64,000 nt of DNA from Candidatus Marsarchaeota archaeon (GCA_023487445.1 JAMDBQ010000006.1:4157-68156); one strand, 5' to 3'; positions 30,432 through 39,437 are shown, numbered from the stretch's first letter. The notes: a model not told the origin generated them from the sequence alone. Numbers and translations: made by a program.

Positions 30432-31214
30432 CTAGATTAACCGGACTGGCCACCCTTTTTCATCTGCTTTCTTCACCAGAGCAGTCCGCAAACTTCCGCG
30501 AAGCCCCTTCTTGTCTATGGTGACTTGGGTGGAGTATGGGCTACTATACATTGGAGCCTCCGATACGAGTGACAAGGTCTCGTCGCTGATCGCGTACTTG
30601 GAGATTATGTGGCCCACGCACAGCTTGTTCTCCACTGCGAATCTTGTGAATTTCTCAGCGTAGTGCAGCCCACCGTAAAAGGTTGAGGCAACGCACCCCA
30701 CGTCATTATGTGTGCCAAGGCCTAGTGTGACACAGCGGGCAACGTAACTGAGCACCTTATCATCGGTCCACTGCTCTGGACCCACACCTATCTCAACGAA
30801 CACCAAAGGTTTATCTAGGGAAGTGGGCCCGTGGTGGGTTGCCTCAAGCACAACTGGCAACGGCGAGACTGCGTCTGTTAGCTTGAAGAGTATCGACCCG
30901 ATCAGACAAGGTGAAGCCAAACCCAACTTCCTAGCCTCGCCTCCTAGCCTCGCCTCTCCGGTCGGATTACCGGTGGAGTGTAGGGTTATACATGGTACTT
31001 TGCCCGAGTGCCTCGACAGGAAAATGTACGAGTCGGCGGGGGGTAGGTCACCCCTATCCGCGTATACAGGCTCCTTATCAATCGTGCAAAAAACAGTGGA
31101 AAGTGGAGACACTTCTTCGGCGGCTCCACACTCCTCAACACTCCTCTCTAGGTAGGGGCGCATACACATACTCGCAGGGTCAGCGGTGCTAAAAACCAAG
31201 CAAACCGTGTACAC
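30432..31214 (-). CDS. dtdA: D-aminoacyl-tRNA deacylase DTD2
   Basis: DPAS; FLSRH; TLHSTGN; EATHHGPT; FVEIG; GGLHY. Confidence 0.93.
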   Translation of the reverse strand: MYTVCLVFSTADPASMCMRPYLERSVEECGAAEEVSPLSTVFCTIDKEPVYADRGDLPPADSYIFLSRHSGKVPCITLHSTGNPTGEARLGGEARKLGLASPCLIGSILFKLTDAVSPLPVVLEATHHGPTSLDKPLVFVEIGVGPEQWTDDKVLSYVARCVTLGLGTHNDVGCVASTFYGGLHYAEKFTRFAVENKLCVGHIISKYAISDETLSLVSEAPMYSSPYSTQVTIDKKGLRGSLRTALVKKADEKGWPVRLI

Positions 31215-31223
31215 GACAACACC

Positions 31224-32126
31224 TCAGAACAGCTTCTTAACCAAGGCATCGACATCGAACGGCTCAAGGTCGTCGTAACCTTCACCTAGACCTACGGCGT
31301 ATACGGGTTTACCAAGCTCGGTTGTAACCGAGAACACCATACCTCCTCGTGAGTCGGCGTCGAGCTTCGTAACCACGACGCCGTCTATCCCCACCGCCTT
31401 GTCGAACATCCTGAGCTGGTTAAGGGCGTCATTGCCAACAAGGCCGTCGCCCACAAACACCTTGACATCTGGCTTGGCAACCTTCGATATCTTTTGCATC
31501 TGAGACATCAGGTCTGCATCTGTCTGCATCCTTCCCGCCGTGTCTATCAGTGCCACGTTGAACCGGCTCGACTTAGCTTCAGCTATGGCGCCGTACGCAA
31601 CCGAAGCGGGGTCAGCACCGTATCCGCCGTCAAACATTGCTATACCTATTCTCTGGGCATGCATTCGCAGTTGCTCGATTGCTCCGGCGCGGAAGGTGTC
31701 GGCTCCGGCAACCATCACCTTCAAACCATTCTCTTTCAGCCGATAGGCTACCTTCGCAATCGTGGTGGTTTTACCGCTTCCGTTAACCCCGAAAAACAAG
31801 ACAGTGCAGAACCCTTTCTCAGCCACGACACTTTTTACAACCTGAGAAATGTCAACGTGGTTCACAGACCGCAGCGCCTCGACAAGCGTTTCCCTTATCG
31901 TGTTTTCTGTAAGGGATTCTATGTCGCTGAACCTCTTGGCTTTAAGGGCGGAGAGCCTCTCCCTCAACCTGTTGCATATACTCTGGGAAACATCGTAGGG
32001 TACATCGCTTTGTATAAGTCGATCCTGGAGCTCCGCAAGCGCCTGTTCGACCTCCCTCTGAGACAGCCCCCGTGTGGAGACGGCATCGGCGAACTCGGAT
32101 AGAGCCTTCTTTAATGAGCCGAGCAT
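31224..32126 (-). CDS. ftsY: SRP receptor FtsY
   Basis: GVNGSGKTTTIAK; DTFRAGA; DTAGR; TKLD. Confidence 0.96.
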   Translation of the reverse strand: MLGSLKKALSEFADAVSTRGLSQREVEQALAELQDRLIQSDVPYDVSQSICNRLRERLSALKAKRFSDIESLTENTIRETLVEALRSVNHVDISQVVKSVVAEKGFCTVLFFGVNGSGKTTTIAKVAYRLKENGLKVMVAGADTFRAGAIEQLRMHAQRIGIAMFDGGYGADPASVAYGAIAEAKSSRFNVALIDTAGRMQTDADLMSQMQKISKVAKPDVKVFVGDGLVGNDALNQLRMFDKAVGIDGVVVTKLDADSRGGMVFSVTTELGKPVYAVGLGEGYDDLEPFDVDALVKKLF

Positions 32127-32127
32127 G

Positions 32128-32574
32128 CTAACCCGCTTGCTGCAACTCTTCGGCTAGCCTCGTAATTTTGGGTTGAAGCAACTGCAGCCTCTGAAGGACA
32201 CTTGAGTATTGTTTGGCGAGCTCCTCCGTCTGAGACCTGACTAGGCCGAGTCTCTTGTTCAAGTATTCAGTCACCCCTGTGGGCGACATCTTTGCATAGA
32301 TGTTTTGGCCGAGCAGCACCAGGAGTTTGTCTATGGATCCCAGCCTCGAGGCAACCATAACCCCGCTTCCCACCGGCACAAGTGCCTCACGGTCAACAGC
32401 TTTCTCAGAAAGCTCTCTAACGCTTTCCATGGTCGTAAGGAGTTCCACTTCGGCCGCTTCGATTACCCTGATCTGCTGCTCTATGGCCTGCGCCACCGTG
32501 CCCAAGTATTCGTATTCGCCTGCAAGCTTTTGAAATAAAGCGTACTTGGCCTGAGGAGTTGTTGCTTCTGAAAT
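32128..32574 (-). CDS. pfdA: Prefoldin alpha subunit (probable ATT start at 32574; first near-canonical start TTG 32505)
   Basis: Coiled coils flanking LVPVGSGV..LVLLG.NIY; aIF6-LX-pfdA-ftsY synteny. Confidence 0.88.
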   Translation of the reverse strand: MSEATTPQAKYALFQKLAGEYEYLGTVAQAIEQQIRVIEAAEVELLTTMESVRELSEKAVDREALVPVGSGVMVASRLGSIDKLLVLLGQNIYAKMSPTGVTEYLNKRLGLVRSQTEELAKQYSSVLQRLQLLQPKITRLAEELQQAG

Positions 32575-32589
32575 AGCTTCTCGCCGCCT

Positions 32590-32831
32590 CTACTTCTCCA
32601 AATACTGGCGTATCAAAGGATCCGACACCGACTCGGGATCGGTTACTTCTTTAACCGACTCAACCTTGATCTGGTAGCGCTTCAACCTGTGTTTGCTCCC
32701 AGCAGCGAAAAAGTGTTCTCCACCGCGTTCATCGAGTTGTGAGCAATAACGTATTTTTGAAACGCCTGCCAGTCAAGAGACCTTTTCATCTCCCCGTGTA
32801 CCTCGTACACTTTAACCACTTTGCCAGTCAC
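32590..32831 (-). CDS. rpl18a: 50S ribosomal protein L18a/LX, apparent 1-nt deletion at about 32698-32700
   Basis: KVYEVHG..FQKYV.A..AVENTFSLL then GSKHRLKRYQIKV in the shifted frame; adding one G gives an 80-aa intact protein. Confidence 0.88.
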
Positions 32832-32925
32832 AGCAACATCACCCTATAAGCCAGATTCGAGTAGTGTTTTCAAGCTCTAACTTAAGCCTATTCCGAAGCG
32901 AAGCGCCGCTGCTCAGCCACCTCGG

Positions 32926-33597
32926 CTACGAATCCGAAAGCCCCAGAGCAGACTCAATTTCGGCTAGTTCTACACCGGTGCTGAGTTGACCCACCAGTAC
33001 AACCTTGTCGTTGCATATGATTCCGCTTCTGACGTAAGGGTAGCCCCCGTTAACTGTGACCCGTGACCCCTCAAGCTTAGAGGTTGCCTGAATTATCTCG
33101 AATTCCTCATCCGTGGTCTCTGGATGGCACACGAACCCTTTGTTATTCATCGCAAGCGACGACCCAACGGTAGAAAGACCTGCCACTGTGGTCGTGAAAA
33201 CCTCAACTCCAAGGGTGTCCTCTATCGCTGAGACGAGGCTGCTGGGAACTCTGGGAGACGCATAACCCACTCTGGAATTTACTGCAACAAGGTTTCCCAG
33301 CGCATTCACCTTGGAAGTGGAGACGTGGACGTTCAGCCCCTTAGACCTGATAGCAGAAACTGTTTCTGGGTCAGCGTTGTAGGGTAACACCACTCCGTAG
33401 TCGTTGCACACGATCATTATACCAACAGCGGATATGTTTCCCAGATCGACTTCGAATCGCTCCAAGCCGACTCTGCCGGATACAGCGTCAAGCGACCCTG
33501 CGCGCCCCGCTCGGGGAACAAAGAGAAACCGGTTGTTTGCCTGTGCAAAAACACCTATGTTCTCGGTGTTAAACAGCTTGACGCGTTCGATCGTCAA
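32926..33597 (-). CDS. eif6: Translation initiation factor aIF6
   Basis: NIGVF; NALGN..N; TVGS..NNKG..HP; TVNGG. Confidence 0.96.
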   Translation of the reverse strand: MTIERVKLFNTENIGVFAQANNRFLFVPRAGRAGSLDAVSGRVGLERFEVDLGNISAVGIMIVCNDYGVVLPYNADPETVSAIRSKGLNVHVSTSKVNALGNLVAVNSRVGYASPRVPSSLVSAIEDTLGVEVFTTTVAGLSTVGSSLAMNNKGFVCHPETTDEEFEIIQATSKLEGSRVTVNGGYPYVRSGIICNDKVVLVGQLSTGVELAEIESALGLSDS

Positions 33598-34064
33598 ACG
33601 TTGTCTCTACCGGTATTCAGGTACACGTACACTTTGTTTTCCTTGGTTTTCCCAACGTGGATAGATATTCTTCTTGGCGGCTTCTCGATGCTCCGTGCCC
33701 AAATATAATGATTAACCGCCTCGTCGAGGTGTACATCCTCACTTTTCATGTGTTTAGAGACAAATTTTCTGAGCAGGTTAACGGCGCGCTTGGAGCGATT
33801 GGATCTTCCAAGCCAGTACACCTTCTGTAATGGGACCACGTAGTCACGCTCAACTTCAAACTTGAGTTCTTCAGCCTCCTTCGGCTTGGCCTCTTCCTTG
33901 TGTTCCTCCTTAGCGGTTGAAGCCTCGTCTTTCTTCTCATCTATAGGCTTCTCGGGTTGTGCCTCTGGCCGCGACGCCTCGGGAGACGCCTGCTCTTCTT
34001 TAGACTCTTCTGCCACTTCCTTAGGCTTCTCTACTTGGGCTTGTTGCTCAGACAAAACCAACAC
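33594..34064 (-). CDS. rpl31e: 50S ribosomal protein L31e with long acidic N-terminal extension
   Basis: ERDYVVPL..RSKRAV..F..KHMK..VNHYIWARSIEKPP. Confidence 0.93.
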   Translation of the reverse strand: MLVLSEQQAQVEKPKEVAEESKEEQASPEASRPEAQPEKPIDEKKDEASTAKEEHKEEAKPKEAEELKFEVERDYVVPLQKVYWLGRSNRSKRAVNLLRKFVSKHMKSEDVHLDEAVNHYIWARSIEKPPRRISIHVGKTKENKVYVYLNTGRDNV

Positions 34065-34066
34065 CT

Positions 34067-34225
34067 CTAGGGATGAACCCCGCTTGATCTTCTATAGTTT
34101 CGTTTCTTGTCGTTACGCCTTAGCTTTCCGCCGGTTTTGGCAGTTACCCACACCGGAATATTCTGGTTCGACTTCATGTAGCTTCCAAGCCTCCTTTTCT
34201 TAGCATGCGGCTTATGCACAGCCAA
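34067..34225 (-). CDS. rpl39e: 50S ribosomal protein L39e
   Basis: Manual translation MAVHKPHAKKRRLG..KSNQNIPVWV.AKT..KRNYRRS. Confidence 0.93.
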   Translation of the reverse strand: MAVHKPHAKKRRLGSYMKSNQNIPVWVTAKTGGKLRRNDKKRNYRRSSGVHP

Positions 34226-34600
34226 TTACACTTCACCCTTTCTCCTGAACGTTATGCTTGTCTCCCTCGAATTGGAGGAGGCTATCCTATACAGTAGCTG
34301 TTTAAGCGTTGCGTCGTTGATTGGCCTGTCGAGCCTTCCTGCCTGGTAAAGACCTATGATCTGGTCCTCCAAGAGTCTAGCGACAGAGGGCTTAACCATT
34401 CTCACGTTCTGTAGCCTCTGCCTCGCCTCCGTTGTCAAGGCCTGCCTAAGCACCATCTGGCGTCGGGCTTCTTCGGCTTCAAGCTCAGCTCTCTGAGCCG
34501 CCTCCTGAGGCGACTGCCTCTGCTGCTGTAGACGACTGAGCTGCCTGCGTTTAAGCTCTTCAAGTTCCTGGTCATCGTAGCCTGCTTCGTATTCGCTCAA
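34226..34600 (-). CDS. PDCD5-like DNA-binding protein
   Basis: ELEELKRR..LRQALTTEARQRL.N..VKP..I.D..LK.LL. Confidence 0.92.
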   Translation of the reverse strand: MSEYEAGYDDQELEELKRRQLSRLQQQRQSPQEAAQRAELEAEEARRQMVLRQALTTEARQRLQNVRMVKPSVARLLEDQIIGLYQAGRLDRPINDATLKQLLYRIASSNSRETSITFRRKGEV

Positions 34601-34602
34601 AT

Positions 34603-35112
34603 CTACTCCCCTACATAGAGGGAAAGAAGAGGTTCCTTGCTTACAGCCGAGGAGAGAAGCTCATCCGCTACCTTCCTAGTTAGCACGTAACCCTGCATCG
34701 ACAGAACCCTCATCTTCTTAGCGTCGCGTTCAACGAGGCCCGCGAGTTCAAGCGACTTCAGAATCCTCCGTACGTGACCTCCTGCCGCGGGAACGAACTT
34801 TTCAGGCTTTCTACCTGTGGACGCCTTACCGCCGTAATTAACTTCAAAATCCCTTAAACCCATGCTTCCCTTAAGTGCAAGCTTCCTCATTATGGAGGCG
34901 CTTCTGGTATACCACCAGTCAGGGTCAGTCGGCGGCCCAAGCCTAGCTGGGCAAGTTTTCACGAACTTCGCCCAGCTCGGAGGGGTCAACTGCGGATAAG
35001 ATGAACGCAGCTTGGCCGCCAAAGCCGATATAAACTGGCTATGGCTTACCGCGCGCACCCTGAGACGTGTCGAAGAAACCTCGCTCAATGAACCTCTGAG
35101 TGCGTGAAACAA
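34603..35112 (-). CDS. rps19e: 30S ribosomal protein S19e (start possibly TTG about 35088)
   Basis: PPSWAKFVKT..PP..DWWYTRSASIMRK; YGG. Confidence 0.95.
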   Translation of the reverse strand: MFHALRGSLSEVSSTRLRVRAVSHSQFISALAAKLRSSYPQLTPPSWAKFVKTCPARLGPPTDPDWWYTRSASIMRKLALKGSMGLRDFEVNYGGKASTGRKPEKFVPAAGGHVRRILKSLELAGLVERDAKKMRVLSMQGYVLTRKVADELLSSAVSKEPLLSLYVGE

Positions 35113-35158
35113 CTTTTAATGGTATAAGCTTTACTTAAACCTGAAGTTTGAAGGCAAG

Positions 35159-35242
35159 CGCTGGGGACGGGATTTGAACCCGCGCGGCCGAAAGGCCACA
35201 GGCTTAGCAAGCCCGCTCCCTACCAGGCTAGGAGACCCCAGC
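35159..35242 (-). tRNA. tRNA-Ser(GCT)
   Basis: GCTGGGG/CCCCAGC acceptor; CGGGC-TTGCTAA-GCCTG; long variable arm. Confidence 0.95.
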
Positions 35243-35243
35243 A

Positions 35244-35550
35244 GTGGCTCCCCCTGATAACCAGAGGCGCTCCAACATTGGTGGGCAGCCTTTATCCTTT
35301 GCCCTTTAGTTCGAGAACGTGTAAAGTCGAAGGTCAAGCTGCTCCCTCCCGGGCCTGACTCGGTTCCCCCCGTTAGCCGGCCAACGCCTCCCTACAGAAG
35401 CGTTCACCGGTCCCTTACACCCCTCGACCACGGACTGCATCGAAAGGGAGCCCCCCTTTGCTGAAAGCCCACCGGCTCTCAGGAGGTTACTGGCATCCGC
35501 GTGTCGTCCATTTCGGACTTGGAGGGAGGACGAGCCCCTCTGCCCTACCC
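35244..35550 (-). ncRNA. ffs: Archaeal SRP (7S) RNA; ends approximate
   Basis: Helix 8 CAGGCCC-GGGA-GGGAGCAG preceded by GGGGGGAACC; Alu-like 5' domain (GGGGCTCGTCCTCCC..CCGAAATGGACGA); about 300 nt. Confidence 0.9.
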
Positions 35551-35618
35551 GAACTAAACTATCTGTGCGTGACTTATCTGTTTTTGTGTTGTGTTGTGTT
35601 GACTCATGCAGGCTCGTC

Positions 35619-36572
35619 TCAGACTGGCTCGGGGTTCAGGCCACTGAGTCTTCTGAATTCCTGAATGTACTCACACACCTTGCATAGTTTACGGCTTGAG
35701 CTCGTGGGTTCCCCGCACAGCTCACACTTTGCATACAACCCGCCCGCCCGAGCCACATCCCTCAGTTTGTCTTCGAAGTTGAGCAGCGCATCGCGTGAAC
35801 CGCTCACGTGGCCTTCAAGCTCAAACAACACCTCTCTCACCTTGTCTCTCACGGTATCCCGGGAGTAGGGGCACTCAACCGACTGGAAGCCGTAACCGCG
35901 TAGATAGGCGTATATCGCAACCTCCCGCTCTGAAAGCCTTCGCAGAGGTTTTATCCTGCGCACAAGTTCATGGGTTCCCTCCGCAGTCCTCAGCATCCTC
36001 TCGAGGTCGCCTCTAAGCACGTTCATTAAAACAGTCTGAGCTTCATCGTCTTTGTTGTGTCCGAGCGCTATCTTGTTGGCGCCCAGCCTCCTAGCAGCCT
36101 CATTCAAAGCCCTTCGCCTAAACACGCCGCAGACGCTGCACGCAGATCCGTTCTGGACCCTTAGTCTAACATAGGAGTCAAGCGTGCCACCGAACAGCTC
36201 CCGGTAGCTGTACACGTGTAGTGGAACATTGAACTTGGCCGCCACCTCCCTGGCGTAGCCCAACGCCTCCTCCCTGTAACTGGATTCCCCTGTCGATATC
36301 CCTTCATCTACCGTGGCCGCCACTAGGTTTAGATCGCGCATTTTCCTTGCAAGTCGTCCCAATATGTCTGTGAGCACAACACTGTCTTTCCCACCTGAAA
36401 GACCTATGAGAACAGTATCTCCCGAAGAAAGCATATTCTCGTTCTTCATTGTTCTCACAGCCTTCCTGTACACGTGCCTGAGAATACACCGTTTGCAGTA
36501 AACAATGTTCGAAGACCGGTCTAGGTAAACAGGTTCGGCGCCACAAGAGCACCGCGCCGATCCCAGGCTCAT
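35619..36572 (-). CDS. ncsA: tRNA 2-thiolation protein NcsA/TtuA (Ctu1 family)
   Basis: SGGKDS PP-loop; CSVCGVFRR; GHNKDD; CPY; terminal zinc fingers. Confidence 0.92.
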   Translation of the reverse strand: MSLGSARCSCGAEPVYLDRSSNIVYCKRCILRHVYRKAVRTMKNENMLSSGDTVLIGLSGGKDSVVLTDILGRLARKMRDLNLVAATVDEGISTGESSYREEALGYAREVAAKFNVPLHVYSYRELFGGTLDSYVRLRVQNGSACSVCGVFRRRALNEAARRLGANKIALGHNKDDEAQTVLMNVLRGDLERMLRTAEGTHELVRRIKPLRRLSEREVAIYAYLRGYGFQSVECPYSRDTVRDKVREVLFELEGHVSGSRDALLNFEDKLRDVARAGGLYAKCELCGEPTSSSRKLCKVCEYIQEFRRLSGLNPEPV

Positions 36573-36619
36573 AAGCTTCCTACACTCATATGGTTAATTA
36601 ACTTTACACAGGGAGTGAA

Positions 36620-36868
36620 TTGTCGGCCACGGCAAGCATAGAGTCCAACGCAAAGCAGATAATACAAAACATCCTCAACCAAGCGTTCTCTTTCGCTTCC
36701 TGGACGATCACCCAGCTAACCAGAGAGATCCTCGCAATAATGCAACCTGTCTCAGTCTTGGTGTTCCTGGTGGGTCTGATACTTTGGATGACCGGCCTTG
36801 AACGAAGGGCTGGTAAAAGACTCATGATAGGAGCCGCGGTGATAGGTTTGGTGTCAATCATACTCTAA
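36620..36868 (+). CDS. Small two-TM membrane protein, VirB2/TrbC-pilin-like architecture
   Basis: Amphipathic helix plus TM-ERRAGKRL-TM; GGGAGTGA upstream of the TTG. Confidence 0.6.
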   Translation: MSATASIESNAKQIIQNILNQAFSFASWTITQLTREILAIMQPVSVLVFLVGLILWMTGLERRAGKRLMIGAAVIGLVSIIL

Positions 36869-36937
36869 CCCGCCACCTAAAGCGCTCTTTAAGCCAAGGA
36901 GTAGCCACCTTCAACCCCCCCTTCGATGGACGGGTAT

Positions 36938-37987
36938 TCATTGGGGTGCGTATCTTAGGAATGCTGCTGCGCCGCCCATGCCCGCGAGTTGCTCGCCACG
37001 TTCGTGGCGATCCGAAATTATTTCAACCTTGCCTCCGTATTTTTCTACTGCTGACACAACACGGATAGAGCGCTCATGGCAATCCCTGAGTGCGCGGGTA
37101 GATATGAGTAGTGTGTCCACCGCGCCCTGTTCAGCTGCTTGTTCAACTGCGTCCAAACCCAAAATCACCTTTGTGTTATTCGAGGCAGCCTCCTTCAAAA
37201 CTTCGTCAAGCAGCCTGATTTCGGCTGAGAGCCTAGCATCCTTTAGAAAACCCTTCTCAAACATGGCGTTCACGGCTTCTTTTATGCCGGCCGCCCCGGC
37301 GTATGGGGCGTCAACGGCTGTAACCCTTATCTCAACTCCTTCGGATGCGAGAAGAGCCTTCACCGCCTGAGCTACTTTCTGCTTAAAGTAGCCTGGACCC
37401 GAGAAAACCACGAGTCCTCTTCCGCGAACGAATCTACGTATCTCCGAAGCCATCTTTGCAAGCTGCTTTTCAATCTTCTCCTCCTGCTTGGGGTCACCTT
37501 TGCCTGGTATGCCCGTGTCCCATGAGGCTACGGTCTCCACACCGTAATCCCAAACCCTGCCAATCGCCACCTCATGGTAGTCGACTGACACTATGAGCAC
37601 AGCATCCCCGAGCCGCTCCTTCCCCAGTTGATTCAGCTCTTCCTTGGTCCACGCCTGCTTTGTCACAGTAATGACGCTTCCGCTGTCGACGACAATGGTG
37701 TGGTATGACCCCAACACCCCGAGTTCATCGGGGTCGTCCACAATCTTACCCGTAATCCGCAGCGTCTCACCAAATGGCTCGAAGCTCACCTTCTCAACCC
37801 GCACGGTGAGTTTGGTGTTCACCCTCTCACCTCTCTCCTCCCCGTTGGGTGAGCGCGTCATCCTGGTGGTCTTAGAAGTTACTAAGGCGCCGCGCGGGAC
37901 AACGGTCTCTAGGAGCCAGAGGTCATTCGGGCTGGTCACCTGCACGGTGACCGACCCCGTCTTTGCATCGTAGCCGATTACACGCAT
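36938..37987 (-). CDS. pelA: Pelota/aDom34
   Basis: DLWLL; LRITGKI; GSYHT; IPGK; GPGYFK; GGAAAFLRY. Confidence 0.95.
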   Translation of the reverse strand: MRVIGYDAKTGSVTVQVTSPNDLWLLETVVPRGALVTSKTTRMTRSPNGEERGERVNTKLTVRVEKVSFEPFGETLRITGKIVDDPDELGVLGSYHTIVVDSGSVITVTKQAWTKEELNQLGKERLGDAVLIVSVDYHEVAIGRVWDYGVETVASWDTGIPGKGDPKQEEKIEKQLAKMASEIRRFVRGRGLVVFSGPGYFKQKVAQAVKALLASEGVEIRVTAVDAPYAGAAGIKEAVNAMFEKGFLKDARLSAEIRLLDEVLKEAASNNTKVILGLDAVEQAAEQGAVDTLLISTRALRDCHERSIRVVSAVEKYGGKVEIISDRHERGEQLAGMGGAAAFLRYAPQ

Positions 37988-37989
37988 AT

Positions 37990-39234
37990 TCAGGGGGAAA
38001 CGTCTTCGAAGGTCAGGGTCACCACGCCCGCCGGCCTCCTAACAACGTTTCCAAGCCTGTTACCGATCAGGTACTGCACCGATATGTCCCCGGCGGTGTC
38101 AAGTATCCTCTGACTTATCACGCCGTCGAACACTACGGCGTAAGGATTCTTACCCGAAAGTTCCTGAAGCTTATCGGCCATCTCCTTCACCGATAGCCTC
38201 GCAATTTCGTTCAGCGACTGGTCGAGCACCACCGCTTCCAAAGTGCCGTATAGATCCTTAACGTAGGCAGCAATCTTCTCGGGCACAGGCGGCCTCTGCT
38301 TTTGCACTACCTGTTGAACCGCCTGAGCCTGCTGAACCTGCTGTACTGTCGTCGGCCTAGGCTCTTGGTGCTGCGATTCGCGGGGAGGCTTTTCCGTCTG
38401 CACATGCTGGCTTACCGGCACTTTGGACATGAGAGACTTCATTATCTCTTTACCTGTGAGCTCCTCAACCTCCTTGCCCTGGGGTGCCCTCGCCACGAAA
38501 TCGATCTCGGCGACCTCGAGAAGACGCTTCAAAATCAGGTCGCCACCTCTGTCACCGTCCAGAAACACACATGTCTCCTTGGTTTTGCAAAGCTCGATAA
38601 TTGTCTTCGGAACCCTTTCAGCAGCTCCTCCCAAGGAGATGGCGTTCTTGTAGCCGTACCTGAGCAGGTTGAGCACATCAGCACGCCCCTCAACTAGGAT
38701 AACACTGTCAGACTCATCGACCTCTGGGCCGGCGTCAAGTTTCTCGGGGCCGTACTCGATCAGCGCCGCCTCCCTGACTTTGCCCAGAAGGCTCTGCAGC
38801 ATCTCCCTGACGTCAACCTTCTCCTGTTTCCTCTCCCAGTTCTCAAGTATCTCCTTCGCCCTGACGATCACCTTGTTAACCTTCTCCATCCGAGTGTCTT
38901 CTATGCCGTCTAGGGTTATCCTTGCGGTATAGGGGCCGATTCTATCTACGTTCTCAACTATTGAGGCGATAAGAGCAGTCTCAGCTTTATCCAGATTCGA
39001 CGGGATCATTATTTTACCGTAGCTTTTGTTGTCCTTTACATCCAAGTCAACCACTATGCGCCCGATCCTCCCCTTTTCGAGGAGAGCCCGGAAATCATAT
39101 TCCTCGTTGAACAACCCTTCAGTCTGGCCGAATATCGCTCCGATCACATCGCTCTTATCAATCATTCCGTCAACTTCGCAGCTGGCGTTAATGATGTATT
39201 TAGCAGCGCTAGGTGAAATTCCACCCATTATCAA
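37990..39234 (-). CDS. dnaG: Archaeal DnaG-like protein
   Basis: DVIGAIFGQTEG; TOPRIM VEGRADV..DGDRGG; FDGVISQR. Confidence 0.96.
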   Translation of the reverse strand: MIMGGISPSAAKYIINASCEVDGMIDKSDVIGAIFGQTEGLFNEEYDFRALLEKGRIGRIVVDLDVKDNKSYGKIMIPSNLDKAETALIASIVENVDRIGPYTARITLDGIEDTRMEKVNKVIVRAKEILENWERKQEKVDVREMLQSLLGKVREAALIEYGPEKLDAGPEVDESDSVILVEGRADVLNLLRYGYKNAISLGGAAERVPKTIIELCKTKETCVFLDGDRGGDLILKRLLEVAEIDFVARAPQGKEVEELTGKEIMKSLMSKVPVSQHVQTEKPPRESQHQEPRPTTVQQVQQAQAVQQVVQKQRPPVPEKIAAYVKDLYGTLEAVVLDQSLNEIARLSVKEMADKLQELSGKNPYAVVFDGVISQRILDTAGDISVQYLIGNRLGNVVRRPAGVVTLTFEDVSP

Positions 39235-39281
39235 TCATCAGTGTCTCGGTAATCCACGGATATTATAAAGCTTAGTTAGCC

Positions 39282-39381
39282 GGAGAGCGGCCTGTCGCCC
39301 GGTCTCTGACGCCGATGCTCACGGTTGGGCTTGACGCCACCTCACAGCGGTCCTCGAACCAGGCTTAGTCGGCCGCTCCCC
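39282..39381 (-). ncRNA. Candidate structured non-coding RNA of unknown family
   Basis: 11-bp terminal helix plus 7-bp second helix with strand-specific G-U pairs; BRE/TATA-like element about 24 nt upstream. Confidence 0.6.
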
Positions 39382-39437
39382 TAGAGGAGGACTCGTCCCT
39401 TCAGAATTTAACTTTTACCCGGCCACCAGCCCCGATT

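Noticed and set aside
32590..32831. BHB intron as the explanation for the rpl18a frameshift
   Set aside because: The protein aligns at full length after adding one base, so there is no extra sequence to splice out.
39282..39381. 5S rRNA, C/D or H/ACA assignment for the structured element
   Set aside because: No 5S loop C motif or 5S topology, no ordered RUGAUGA/CUGA boxes, no 3' ACA.
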